DNA of 52,968 nucleotides from a virus (Duplodnaviria; Caudoviricetes). Positions 17,314 to 26,647 of the stretch are shown piece after piece (position 1 is the stretch's first letter; the number at the start of each line of letters is the position of its first letter). The stretch spans positions 1 through 52,968 of the IMG/VR virus record IMGVR_UViG_3300030118_000298. One strand, written 5' to 3'. Below the pieces are notes generated by a model. That model searched no databases. It was not told the origin of the DNA and was given only the letters and a program-made list of their open reading frames with translations. Made by a program: the position numbers and the translations under genes.

Positions 17314-18693
17314 ATGGATATAGATTATACGCCAACTAAAACCTGTAAAGATTTTATGATGTCAGACGCAAAGATGCGTGTGCTCATGGGGCCAGTTGGT
17401 TCTGGTAAATCAGTAGCAAGTTGTTTTGAAGTTATCAGACGAGCTACAATGCAAAAGCCAAACAAACAAGGGATTCGCAAATCACGAGTAGCTATTGTTC
17501 GTGAAACTGCCAGACAGTTGCAGGATACAACTATAAAAACTTTCCATGATTGGTTTCCGCCCGGAATATGCGGAGACTATATGCGTACTACCAAAACATA
17601 TTTTTTCAAAGTCGGAGATGTAGAGTGTGAGATTATGTTTCGTGCTCTCGATGATTCTGACGATGTTGCAAACTTGAACTCATTAGAATTAACGTTTGCA
17701 TGGTTCAACGAGTGCAGGGATATCAACCCTGACATTGTTGATGCTATGTCAAAACGTATAGGGCGATTCCCGTCATCTAAAGATGGTGGCCCTTCTTGGT
17801 TTGGGATGTGGGGGGATACTAACCCTCCAACAATGGATACATGGTGGTATTATCAGATGGAGGGTTTAGACTCTTCAGATGGTGTAAGTCTTAATGATAA
17901 CGGGTGGGATGTATTCAAACAACCTTCGGGCAGAAGCTCCTTGGCAGAAAATGTTGATAACCTGCCCGAAGGCTACTACGATACCCAAGGTAGATCAGAA
18001 GAATACATTCGTGTATACATAGATGGTGAGTATGGATTAAGTTCTGCAGGTCAGCCTGTATATAAATACTTCAAACCAGACTATCATATGGCTAATGAAA
18101 AACTACGGCCAATCATAAATGGTGTACGCCCAGTTGTAGTTGGAATAGATTTAGGCTTGACACCAGCAGCAGTTATAGGGCAACAAGACCCTCGCGGGCG
18201 AGTCCTTGTTTTGGATGAAGCTGTATCATTTGATATGGGCATACAAAGATTCGTCCGCACCATCCTGCGCCCGATGTTGACCGAAAGGTTTTCGGGCGCA
18301 CCAATACTTATCGTTACAGACCCAGCAGGAGTGCAACGTGCACAGACTGACGAGAGGTCTGCCGTAGATATCATAAAAGCAGAAGGTTTTAGAGTTCTCC
18401 CAGCTAAGACCAACAATGTATCTGCACGACTATCTGCGGTAGACGACTTCCTTATGAGGCAAGTCGATGGGGACTCAGCGTTTTTAGTTGATCCTAGATG
18501 TACGCAGCTCAAGGCTGCAATGATGGGAGGATACAGATTCCATTATAAGAATGGCAATATTGATAAGAACAAACACTCACATGTAGCAGAAGCGTTGCAA
18601 TATTTAATGTTGCATGTTGGCTCTGCAGGTGAAGGAGGGTTTGTTGTACAGAGAAGAGAAATAAAAAGGGTTGCGGCAGGAGGATGGACTTGA
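17314..18693 (+). CDS. terL: Terminase large subunit
   Basis: Walker A GPVGSGKS, Walker B AWFNE, DTNPP, nuclease GIDLG, HSHVAEALQY. Confidence 0.92.
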   Translation: MDIDYTPTKTCKDFMMSDAKMRVLMGPVGSGKSVASCFEVIRRATMQKPNKQGIRKSRVAIVRETARQLQDTTIKTFHDWFPPGICGDYMRTTKTYFFKVGDVECEIMFRALDDSDDVANLNSLELTFAWFNECRDINPDIVDAMSKRIGRFPSSKDGGPSWFGMWGDTNPPTMDTWWYYQMEGLDSSDGVSLNDNGWDVFKQPSGRSSLAENVDNLPEGYYDTQGRSEEYIRVYIDGEYGLSSAGQPVYKYFKPDYHMANEKLRPIINGVRPVVVGIDLGLTPAAVIGQQDPRGRVLVLDEAVSFDMGIQRFVRTILRPMLTERFSGAPILIVTDPAGVQRAQTDERSAVDIIKAEGFRVLPAKTNNVSARLSAVDDFLMRQVDGDSAFLVDPRCTQLKAAMMGGYRFHYKNGNIDKNKHSHVAEALQYLMLHVGSAGEGGFVVQRREIKRVAAGGWT

Positions 18694-18731
18694 TACAATC
18701 ACCAAATAGTTACCTTCCTATGGTTACCTTC

Positions 18732-18772
18732 AAGCCCACCTGTTCTCCTTTCTGGCAGGTGGGCTTTTCTTT
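18732..18772 (+). terminator. Intrinsic terminator after terL; loop contains anti-SD-like TTCTCCTTT
   Basis: AAGCCCACCTG/CAGGTGGGCTT stem plus TTCTTT. Confidence 0.8.
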
Positions 18773-18785
18773 GAATTTAAAATAC

Positions 18786-18814
18786 TTGCATATATACTTG
18801 TTCCTATGTATATT
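18786..18814 (+). promoter_or_regulatory. Putative promoter of the structural operon
   Basis: TTGCAT-17nt-TATATT just after the terminator. Confidence 0.5.
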
Positions 18815-18841
18815 TAATTGTAAACTTATTGGAGGTTATTT

Positions 18842-19060
18842 ATGAAAGGCAAATGTGGGCATAAGAAATCCATCATTTACTCAGATAATCCAAAAATGGA
18901 CACGAGTGGAATGTCTAGTGTAATGACTATAGAGATGATGGAAGGTGGGCCTGTAGAAGTAAAAGATATGGGCGCAGTTGTAAAGTATAGATCAGGTGGT
19001 AAAGTTTATACAGATAAGAATGACGAAGACACCGTAGAAGACATGAAGGACATGGCATAA
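18842..19060 (+). CDS. Small protein with two [MY]xxGGxV motifs
   Basis: GGAGG RBS; MMEGGPV, YRSGGKV. Confidence 0.65.
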   Translation: MKGKCGHKKSIIYSDNPKMDTSGMSSVMTIEMMEGGPVEVKDMGAVVKYRSGGKVYTDKNDEDTVEDMKDMA

Positions 19061-19061
19061 C

Positions 19062-21095
19062 ATGGTACTGCAAGTCGTAGGAAATGAAGAACTAGTAAAG
19101 CAAGAAGAAGCTCTTACTAAACAACAGCTAGCTGAAAGGCAGAACCAGCCTATTATATTAGGCTTGGCTGACCACCTACGAACTTGTTGGGATGCAGCAA
19201 GGCAGGCAAAGAAACCTATCGAAAACATTATGTTGAAAGCACTCCGTCAAAGAAACGGAGAGTACGAGGCAGATAAACTAGCACAGATTAACCAGCAAGG
19301 TGGGTCTGACGTTTACATGATGGTTACAGAAGTTAAATGTCGTGCAGCAGAAAGTTGGTTGCGTGATATTCTTCTTGATCAGGGTTCACCCCCGTGGGGT
19401 CTTGAGCCTACACCTATACCAGACTTGTCACCACAACAGACAGTAGAGATAGAGAATTCGTTTGCTGAGCAAGTTGTAAAACTTGTCGAGCTAAACGGGC
19501 AAGCACCAACACAAGAAGAAATGATAGAATTGAAAGAAATGGTAACACAAGATTATCGTTTCAAACTATTGCAAGGTGCAGATAACCGTGCAAAGAAAAT
19601 GGATATTAAGATTCGTGATCAGTTTACACAAGGTGGTTGGGGCGAATCATTTAATGAATTTATCACCGATTTGGTTACATACCCATGTGCTTTTATCAAA
19701 GGCCCTGTGGTTCGTAGGCAAAGAAAACTTGGCTGGAAATATGAAAATGGTAGAACTACTGTAGAAGCAGATGAGATTATTGCTCCAGAGTTTGAACGTG
19801 TTGATCCATTTAGAATATATCCTGAGCCGGGTATAACTAATCTTAATGATGGTTATTTGTTTCAGCATCATCCGCTAAGTCGTTCAGAACTTGCAGACCT
19901 TATAGGTGTGCCGGGTTATGATGAGGATGCCATCAGGGAAGTTCTTGATATTGGTAATGGTACATCTTGGTTTAGTGAAGATGTAGAGCTTACTAAAGAG
20001 AACGAAGAAAGAAAGTTTCATACGTTTAACAAACCAACTACGACTTATGATGCCTTAGAGTTTTGGGGTAAAGTAAGTGGTAAGATGTTGAAAGAGTGGG
20101 GACTTACTGAAGAAGAGATACCTGATGAAGCAAAAGAGTATGATGCTAACGTTTGGGCCGTAGGTAACTACATCATTAAAGCAGTATTAAACTACGACCC
20201 GTTAGGAGAAAAACCATATGCTAAGACATCGTTTATTAAATGCCCCGGTGCGTTTTGGGGTAAAGGTATACCAGAAATTATTGAAGATTTGCAGAACATT
20301 TGTAATGCAGCTGCAAGGGCTTTGGTCAACAATATGGGGATATCTTCCGGCCCGCAAGTCGAAGTTAACCTCGAAAGAATCCCGCCCAACGAAGACATCA
20401 CGCAGCTCCACCCGTGGAAAATCTGGCAAGTCACGAACGACCCGTTAGGTTCTAGTGCACCTGCTGTTAGATTTACACAACCGGATGACAACGCAAACAC
20501 GTTGTTAGGTGTTTATGATAAATTTTCTAAACTAGCTGATGACCAATCAGGCATACCATCTTATGTTTACGGTGACCTAAATGTACAGGGAGCTGGTAGA
20601 ACATCTTCTGGTTTGTCTATGTTGATGGGCGCAGCTGGTAAAGGTATTCGTCAAGTTGTTATGCACATAGATAACGAAATCATCAAACCTATTGTCCACA
20701 GACAGTTTGTGTACAACATGCGTTATGATGAAGATGAATCAATTAAAGGCGATGTTAACATTGTACCAAAAGGTGCAGTTAACCTTGCAGTCAAAGAGAC
20801 TGTAAATGTTCGCCGTATCGAGTTTCTTAATGCAACCGCCAACGAGGTTGATATGCAAATTGTTGGTAAGGAAGGCCGTGCAGCGATTCTTCGCGAAGTG
20901 GCTAAAGGGTTGCAAATGCCTGTGGATGACATTGTTCCGTCTAGGGAAAAAGAACGATTCCAAGATAAGGTTAAGGCGCAGATGCAAGCTCAACAGCAAG
21001 CTCAGCAACCTACACCGACTCAGCCGGATGGTTCTCCCAAAGGAGGAATGGATGGCAACACAGTGAGTAACCGTGACACTGGAGGTGCTGGATGA
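19062..21095 (+). CDS. Portal protein
   Basis: Size and position after TerL; VDPFRIYP, FWGKGIPE, DQSGIP, GRTSSGLSMLM; Q-rich tail. Confidence 0.85.
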   Translation: MVLQVVGNEELVKQEEALTKQQLAERQNQPIILGLADHLRTCWDAARQAKKPIENIMLKALRQRNGEYEADKLAQINQQGGSDVYMMVTEVKCRAAESWLRDILLDQGSPPWGLEPTPIPDLSPQQTVEIENSFAEQVVKLVELNGQAPTQEEMIELKEMVTQDYRFKLLQGADNRAKKMDIKIRDQFTQGGWGESFNEFITDLVTYPCAFIKGPVVRRQRKLGWKYENGRTTVEADEIIAPEFERVDPFRIYPEPGITNLNDGYLFQHHPLSRSELADLIGVPGYDEDAIREVLDIGNGTSWFSEDVELTKENEERKFHTFNKPTTTYDALEFWGKVSGKMLKEWGLTEEEIPDEAKEYDANVWAVGNYIIKAVLNYDPLGEKPYAKTSFIKCPGAFWGKGIPEIIEDLQNICNAAARALVNNMGISSGPQVEVNLERIPPNEDITQLHPWKIWQVTNDPLGSSAPAVRFTQPDDNANTLLGVYDKFSKLADDQSGIPSYVYGDLNVQGAGRTSSGLSMLMGAAGKGIRQVVMHIDNEIIKPIVHRQFVYNMRYDEDESIKGDVNIVPKGAVNLAVKETVNVRRIEFLNATANEVDMQIVGKEGRAAILREVAKGLQMPVDDIVPSREKERFQDKVKAQMQAQQQAQQPTPTQPDGSPKGGMDGNTVSNRDTGGAG

Positions 21096-21313
21096 TAAAT
21101 CCAAAACCAGAGGTTATTCAATCTTTAGCAACCGTGTGTCGTCAATATCCTGAAGTGCTTAATTGGCTAAAGGAATGGCGTGATCACGAGCTACAGAAGC
21201 TACCGAGTGTCTTGCAAAACACGGCGCTTGCACAGGGGCGGTGTCAAGTTTTGTCAGAAGTTACTAAACTAATAGAACAGTCCCCTGAAACGTTTTCAGC
21301 AAAGTCAAAATGA
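21092..21313 (+). CDS. Small conserved protein after the portal
   Basis: GGAGG RBS; ATGA overlap; AQGR..VL motif. Confidence 0.6.
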   Translation: MINPKPEVIQSLATVCRQYPEVLNWLKEWRDHELQKLPSVLQNTALAQGRCQVLSEVTKLIEQSPETFSAKSK

Positions 21314-21347
21314 CAGCTGTTAATTACGCACACCGATAGGAGCGATT

Positions 21348-22355
21348 ATGTCAATACCAAAGCAAGTTCAGAAACAATCAGAGGAAGTACAAGAGTTGTA
21401 CAAGCAGATTAAAGGAGAAACAGAAGAAGCACAGGCAACTGCCGAGGCTGCTCCTGAAGAAACTGTTAATAATGTGGCAGAACCTACAACTTCCGACAGT
21501 GTAGAAGAACAAGCACCTCAGTCTGAGCCGCAAGAGCAAACGGAGTCAGGCGACCAAGAACCGAAACAAGATGACTGGCAACAGAAATACAGATCGTTGC
21601 AAGGGATGTACAATGCCGATGTTCCTAGGCTCAATGCCGAGAACAGAGACCTTGCCGCCCGTGTGTCTCAACTAGAAGGATTGCTTAGCAATATGAATGA
21701 GCCTGCTCAACAAACACCAGTTCAGTCTGAAAAATTAATTACAGATGACGATGTTAAAGAGTACGGCGACTCCATTGCTGTTATGCGAAAAGCAGCTCGT
21801 GAGGAAGTTTCTCAAGAGATTGCACAGTTGAAACAACAACTAGGACAACTTCAAGGTGTTTTACCTCAAGTACAGCAGGTACAAGCACAACAAAAGAAGT
21901 CCGGTGAGCAAACGTTCTGGAATACTATTGCTAGCGAAGTACCGAATTGGAGTGATATCAACAACGATCCTGACTTTCAGTCATGGTTGTTAGAGATTGA
22001 CCCACTAACTGGTATTAGCCGCCAAACATATTTGGAAGATGCTCAAAAAAATCTTGATGCAAATAGGGTGGTCACTTTTTTTAGAACTTGGGAAGGGGCA
22101 ACTGGTAAGACAAATACTGCTCAAGTTGACCGTACAACTCAACAGTCTCAGTTACAGAAACAAGTTGCTCCGGGACGAAGCCGGAACAATGGCGTAAAAG
22201 CTTCTGGACAAAACCGAACATATACCCCGAATGATATTCAAGAATTTTATTCTGATGTCAGGAAAGGTAAATATAAGGGACGAGATGATGAGCGAGGTCG
22301 AATCGAACGTGACATTTTTGCTGCACAGCAAGAAGGTCGCATTAACGTTGCTTAA
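21348..22355 (+). CDS. Capsid scaffolding protein (putative)
   Basis: Acidic low-complexity N-terminus, coiled coil (WQQKYRSLQGMY); immediately before the MCP. Confidence 0.7.
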   Translation: MSIPKQVQKQSEEVQELYKQIKGETEEAQATAEAAPEETVNNVAEPTTSDSVEEQAPQSEPQEQTESGDQEPKQDDWQQKYRSLQGMYNADVPRLNAENRDLAARVSQLEGLLSNMNEPAQQTPVQSEKLITDDDVKEYGDSIAVMRKAAREEVSQEIAQLKQQLGQLQGVLPQVQQVQAQQKKSGEQTFWNTIASEVPNWSDINNDPDFQSWLLEIDPLTGISRQTYLEDAQKNLDANRVVTFFRTWEGATGKTNTAQVDRTTQQSQLQKQVAPGRSRNNGVKASGQNRTYTPNDIQEFYSDVRKGKYKGRDDERGRIERDIFAAQQEGRINVA

Positions 22356-22375
22356 TTAACAAAGAGGAGGTCATT

Positions 22376-23284
22376 ATGGCTTTTGCAACATCATCCGGGC
22401 ATCCGCAGTATACCGGGAATTTTATTCCTGAGATATGGTCGGGTAAGCTCATTGAGAATTTCTACGATGCTACGGTATTGTCAGCAATCTCAAACACTGA
22501 TTACGAGGGTGAAATTAGAAATATGGGCGATACTGTCAATATTCGAACCACTCCCGAAATCACAATCCAAACCTATGTTAAGGGTCAAACTCTATCCGTA
22601 GAGAATCCTGACAAGGCTAAACTACAACTCGTAATTGATAAAGGTGAATACTTTGCCTGCGTTGAAGACGATGTTGACCAAGTGCAGACAGACATGAACT
22701 TAATGGACATGTGGTCTAAAGACGCTTCCGAGCGAATGAAGATCAAAATTGACCAAAGAGTTCTGGCTGATATCTTGACTGGTGTATCCGCAAATAACAA
22801 AGGCACAGCAGCTGGCGCTATTTCCGGTAATATTGGTCTTGGTGCAACAGGTAGCGCTGTAAGTCTAACAAAGACTAACGTTATCGAGAAAATCGTAGAC
22901 ATGGGCACAGTTCTTGACGAAGCTAACTGTCCTGAGCAGAATCGTTATCTTGTGATTCCTGCTAAGATGGCTGGTCTAATCAAGCAATCAGACCTTAAAG
23001 ATGCGTCTATCACTGGTGACGGAAGTACACCATTGAGAAATGGTCGTCTTGGTATGATTGACAGGTTCACTGTTTACGTTTCTCACAACCTAGTCAAAGA
23101 TAGCAATGGCGACTTTAGTGTTATCGGTGGTCATACAATGGGCTTCACATTTGCATCTCAGATGACAAATATGGAAACCATTCGTTCTGAAACAACTTTT
23201 GGAAACATCATTCGTGGTCTTCAAGTATACGGCTATAAAGTCGTTAAGCCTGAAGCTCTTGCGACAATGATCGTTTCAGTATAA
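22376..23284 (+). CDS. Major capsid protein (HK97 fold, P22-coat-like)
   Basis: FIPEIWS, DYEGEI..GDTVNI, GLQVYGYKVVKPEAL; GAGGAGG RBS. Confidence 0.9.
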   Translation: MAFATSSGHPQYTGNFIPEIWSGKLIENFYDATVLSAISNTDYEGEIRNMGDTVNIRTTPEITIQTYVKGQTLSVENPDKAKLQLVIDKGEYFACVEDDVDQVQTDMNLMDMWSKDASERMKIKIDQRVLADILTGVSANNKGTAAGAISGNIGLGATGSAVSLTKTNVIEKIVDMGTVLDEANCPEQNRYLVIPAKMAGLIKQSDLKDASITGDGSTPLRNGRLGMIDRFTVYVSHNLVKDSNGDFSVIGGHTMGFTFASQMTNMETIRSETTFGNIIRGLQVYGYKVVKPEALATMIVSV

Positions 23285-23295
23285 GGGGGTAAATT

Positions 23296-23754
23296 ATGGC
23301 TACTTATAACGATGGTAAAGGATACAAACTTGGTACTGGTGCAGCACACGTTGCTAAAGGCATCAACAAAGTTTCATCCATTAGCGTGGACTTGAACTTT
23401 GCGACTATCACTACTGAGAGGGCAGCAGCTGGTCTGACTGCACTTACAAGTGCTGATGTTCTTGAAGTAATCAGGATTCCTGCAAACACATACGTCACTA
23501 GCGTGGCTCTGAATGTGACAACTGCCGAAGGCGGAACATTGACTGTTGATGTTGGCGATGGCGATAACCCGGATGGATATCTTGACGGTGTTAACGCTAA
23601 TGCTACAGCAGCATATCTAACCGTTGCAGGTACAGACGCTTATGAGTCTGGTAAGTTTTACACAGCAGCCGATACGATTGACATTGTTCTTAACAATGCT
23701 GCAGACGCAGCGGTTATGACTTTGACAGCCGTAATGGTTGACTGCTCAGAGTAA
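23296..23754 (+). CDS. Capsid decoration/minor capsid protein (putative)
   Basis: Beta-rich; follows the MCP; IPANTYV, VDVGD, ADTIDI. Confidence 0.55.
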   Translation: MATYNDGKGYKLGTGAAHVAKGINKVSSISVDLNFATITTERAAAGLTALTSADVLEVIRIPANTYVTSVALNVTTAEGGTLTVDVGDGDNPDGYLDGVNANATAAYLTVAGTDAYESGKFYTAADTIDIVLNNAADAAVMTLTAVMVDCSE

Positions 23755-23766
23755 TCTAAATTAGTC

Positions 23767-23784
23767 GGGGGGCTTCGGCCCCCC
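23767..23784 (+). promoter_or_regulatory. cUUCGg hairpin (weak terminator or mRNA stabiliser) before an RBS
   Basis: GGGGGGC-TTCG-GCCCCCC, no real U tract, followed by AAAGGAG..ATG. Confidence 0.6.
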
Positions 23785-23803
23785 TACTTACAAAGGAGAT
23801 GTT

Positions 23804-23974
23804 ATGGGTAAAGGAATGAAACATTATTTCCGTGATGGGACTGAACACAAAGGTGGCACACACAAGATGCCTAATGGTCAGTTACACTCTGGAAAGACAC
23901 ATGGTAAGACTAGTAAACGTTTATTTCATTTTAAAGAATTGAGTAAAACAGCCCAAAAAAAGGCTAAGGCATAA
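23804..23974 (+). CDS. 56-aa basic His-rich protein
   Basis: Hand translated MGKGMKHYFRDGTEHKGGTHKMPNGQLHSGKTH...; AAAGGAG RBS; TAATG coupling. Confidence 0.7.
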   Translation: MGKGMKHYFRDGTEHKGGTHKMPNGQLHSGKTHGKTSKRLFHFKELSKTAQKKAKA

Positions 23975-24219
23975 TGGCTAAAATCGACAAATCTAAAATG
24001 GCATGCAATAAACCGAAACGTCAAGTTTCTGGTGGTAAGAAGTTTGTTGTAAAAGCATGCCAAAATGGTAAAGAAAAAATTATTAGGTTTGGCGATGCGA
24101 ATATGAAGATCAAAAAGAATCAACCGGGCAGGCGCAAGAATTTTCGTGCAAGGCATGGGTGTGATACACGACCACCCTCCAAAATGACTGCTCGTTATTG
24201 GTCGTGTAAGAAATGGTAA
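23974..24219 (+). CDS. Small basic Cys-containing protein
   Basis: IIRFGD..RRKNFRARHGC..ARYWSC. Confidence 0.7.
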   Translation: MAKIDKSKMACNKPKRQVSGGKKFVVKACQNGKEKIIRFGDANMKIKKNQPGRRKNFRARHGCDTRPPSKMTARYWSCKKW

Positions 24220-24223
24220 TATT

Positions 24224-24379
24224 ATGGCAGCACCAAAAGTAAAATCTAAGAAAGATGCTTGTTACTATAAAGTAAAAGCTCGCTACAAAGTTTGGCCATC
24301 AGCATATGCTTCAGGCGCGTTGGCTAAATGTAGAAAGGTTGGTGCAGCTAATTGGGGCAACAGTAAAAAGAAGAAATAG
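24224..24379 (+). CDS. 51-aa basic protein
   Basis: Hand translated MAAPKVKSKKDACYYKVKARYKVWPSAYASGALAKCRKVGAANWG... Confidence 0.65.
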   Translation: MAAPKVKSKKDACYYKVKARYKVWPSAYASGALAKCRKVGAANWGNSKKKK

Positions 24380-24380
24380 T

Positions 24381-24620
24381 ATGGGTAATGTAAGAAAAAC
24401 TGCAAAAGGTGCATCACTCCGCAAATGGTTTGCTCAGAATAAAGGTAAAGGATGGGTAGATTGTAAAACAGGTAAACCCTGTGGCCGAAGTGGTTCAAAA
24501 AAAGATAGCAAAAGGGGATACCCTGCTTGCCGCCCTACTATGGCACAATGTAAAACTGCAGCAGCAAAGACAGCAATGAGGAAGAAAACTTCATCTAGTC
24601 GTGTAAGTTGGAGGTCATAA
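24381..24620 (+). CDS. Small basic Cys-containing protein
   Basis: LRKWF..WVDC..PCGRS..YPACRP; start MGNVRK at 24381. Confidence 0.65.
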   Translation: MGNVRKTAKGASLRKWFAQNKGKGWVDCKTGKPCGRSGSKKDSKRGYPACRPTMAQCKTAAAKTAMRKKTSSSRVSWRS

Positions 24621-24688
24621 AGAAAAATTCGAAGAAAGTTGAAAGATTTACAAGAAAAACGTAATATAAAAAATGAAAGGCGGTAAAA

Positions 24689-25003
24689 ATGACAAGATGG
24701 TTAAGAAACATTAAAGATGGTGAAATTTATGGTTGGAATGCAATTCTAGCTGAAAATCCACTAACTGAAGAAGTTACTGAGGAAGAAGCATTTCCTGAAA
24801 AACATATACCTAAAAAACAACGTGGTCGTTCAGCAAAAGTAGATTTGAAAACTGAAAAGATTCCTGATCCGAAAGGTGAAACTCCTCCTGAGTTGGCTGA
24901 AGAAGCTAGTAAAGGTTTAGAGCGAGCTAGAAATGATCAAGGACATTATATTGCAGATGACCCAAATACACCAGAAAACGAAGCATGGGTTGAAAAGAAG
25001 TGA
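24689..25003 (+). CDS. Hypothetical protein
   Basis: C-terminal RARNDQGHYIADDPNTPENEAW motif. Confidence 0.65.
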   Translation: MTRWLRNIKDGEIYGWNAILAENPLTEEVTEEEAFPEKHIPKKQRGRSAKVDLKTEKIPDPKGETPPELAEEASKGLERARNDQGHYIADDPNTPENEAWVEKK

Positions 25004-25644
25004 TATTAAACGATGTAATAACAGAAGCGAGACGAATACTACAAGATACTGTATCTCCACAAAGATATAGTGATACTGTAATGTTAGGTTTTGCAAACCA
25101 AGCGTTAAAACGTATTGCTGTTTTGCGACCTGATCTGTTTGCTATTATTGCAGATATACCTACTACACAGAACGAAGTGGTACAGTCAATGCCTGCTGAT
25201 TCAATTCGTTTATTAGAAATTTATTCTGTAAAAGGTGGTGATGGAGTTATTGAAACTAATAGAGAAATACTAGACCAATCTCTGCCTACTTGGATGAATA
25301 CTACAGCTGGCCCTGCTATTAACTTTATGCGTCATGTTAGAAATGCAAACAAATTTTTTATATATCCAAAAGCTCCTGCTAACCAAACATTGATAGGTGA
25401 GTATGCACAGACTCCTCCTGTTTATGCTGGAGATGCAACTGTAGCTTTACTACCTGATGCTTATTTTCCTGTTGTTATAGATGCAACTGTGTTTTTAGCT
25501 GAGTCAGTAGATAATGAGCATGTTAATTCTAATAGAGCACAATTATTCCAAACTTCGTTTACCCAAGCTCTAGGGGTGGCTGCACAAAGCAGAGCTATTA
25601 CTGATACAGAACGAGGCGGATTAGATGAGGAGGATGTTGCATAA
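25000..25644 (+). CDS. Head-tail adaptor / tail tubular A-like protein (putative)
   Basis: ARRILQD..RYSD..FANQA, FFIYP; context. Confidence 0.55.
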   Translation: MILNDVITEARRILQDTVSPQRYSDTVMLGFANQALKRIAVLRPDLFAIIADIPTTQNEVVQSMPADSIRLLEIYSVKGGDGVIETNREILDQSLPTWMNTTAGPAINFMRHVRNANKFFIYPKAPANQTLIGEYAQTPPVYAGDATVALLPDAYFPVVIDATVFLAESVDNEHVNSNRAQLFQTSFTQALGVAAQSRAITDTERGGLDEEDVA

Positions 25645-26306
25645 TGCCTACATATACAACTAGAACCTTCCTCGACATTGTTAATCGGCTTTCTCCTAGT
25701 GTGCCCGGATGTCCTACTCCTGTTATAGAGCAGTATGTTCGTGATGCTGCTATTGAAGCATGTGAACGTACTTTAGCTTGGCGTTACGAGCAACCTAAAA
25801 TAAGATTAGTACCCGGTGCACATGACTATGCGTATGAGACACCCGATGATGCCGAGGTTCATGCGTTTCTTACTGCCACAGTAAATGGAAGAGTTTTAAA
25901 ACCAATTACTATTGAACAGTTGTATGATATATACCCTAAATGGCCTAACCAAGATGCTAACGAACGAGCAGAACCATGCTATGTAACACAGCTTGATCCT
26001 GACAATTTTTCTGTTGCACCTATTCCGGATAACAGTACAACATATGATGTAAGGATGATTGTTTGTCTAAAACCTTTGCGAACAGCAACTAAGATGGACA
26101 AAAAGTTTTTAGATGAATTAGAGAATGTTATAATGCACGGAGCGTTACAACATCTCTTGGTGCTGCCTGATAGAACATTTAGTGATAGGGAGTTAGCTTC
26201 TTATCACGCTAAGCAGTTTGCATTTAAGTTATCTGAGCGTAGAGCTAGAACCAACTTAGGTGCTGCAAAAGCATCTATGCGGGTGCAAGCACAGAAATTT
26301 GCGTGA
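25644..26306 (+). CDS. Adaptor-like virion protein
   Basis: VPGCP..RDAAIEAC, FSVAPIPD, IMHGAL; context. Confidence 0.55.
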   Translation: MPTYTTRTFLDIVNRLSPSVPGCPTPVIEQYVRDAAIEACERTLAWRYEQPKIRLVPGAHDYAYETPDDAEVHAFLTATVNGRVLKPITIEQLYDIYPKWPNQDANERAEPCYVTQLDPDNFSVAPIPDNSTTYDVRMIVCLKPLRTATKMDKKFLDELENVIMHGALQHLLVLPDRTFSDRELASYHAKQFAFKLSERRARTNLGAAKASMRVQAQKFA

Positions 26307-26314
26307 GGTGATTT

Positions 26315-26647
26315 ATGGCTGAGGTTATTAGATTAGTAAAAGGAGACGAGCTTCCGAACATTATAGTTACTCTTACAGATGACGTTGCTAACGCACCATT
26401 TAATGTATCTGCTGCTTCTACTGTAGTAAAAGTAAAGTTTAAAGCTGTAGGTGGTACAACTACTCTTAGCACAATTACTTGTACTAACCTTACAGATGGT
26501 ACAGATGGTAAAGTACAATTTAACTTTGCTAATGGTGTTCTTGATGTAGACCCCGGTGAGTATGAAGGTGAAATAGTTGTAGACCAAAATGGTAGTCTTC
26601 AAACAGTTTATGATGTATTAAGGTTTAGAGTAAGGTCTAATTTTTAA
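26315..26647 (+). CDS. BppU-N-like small tail protein
   Basis: VKGDELP..TDGKVQFNF..GEYEGEI. Confidence 0.45.
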   Translation: MAEVIRLVKGDELPNIIVTLTDDVANAPFNVSAASTVVKVKFKAVGGTTTLSTITCTNLTDGTDGKVQFNFANGVLDVDPGEYEGEIVVDQNGSLQTVYDVLRFRVRSNF

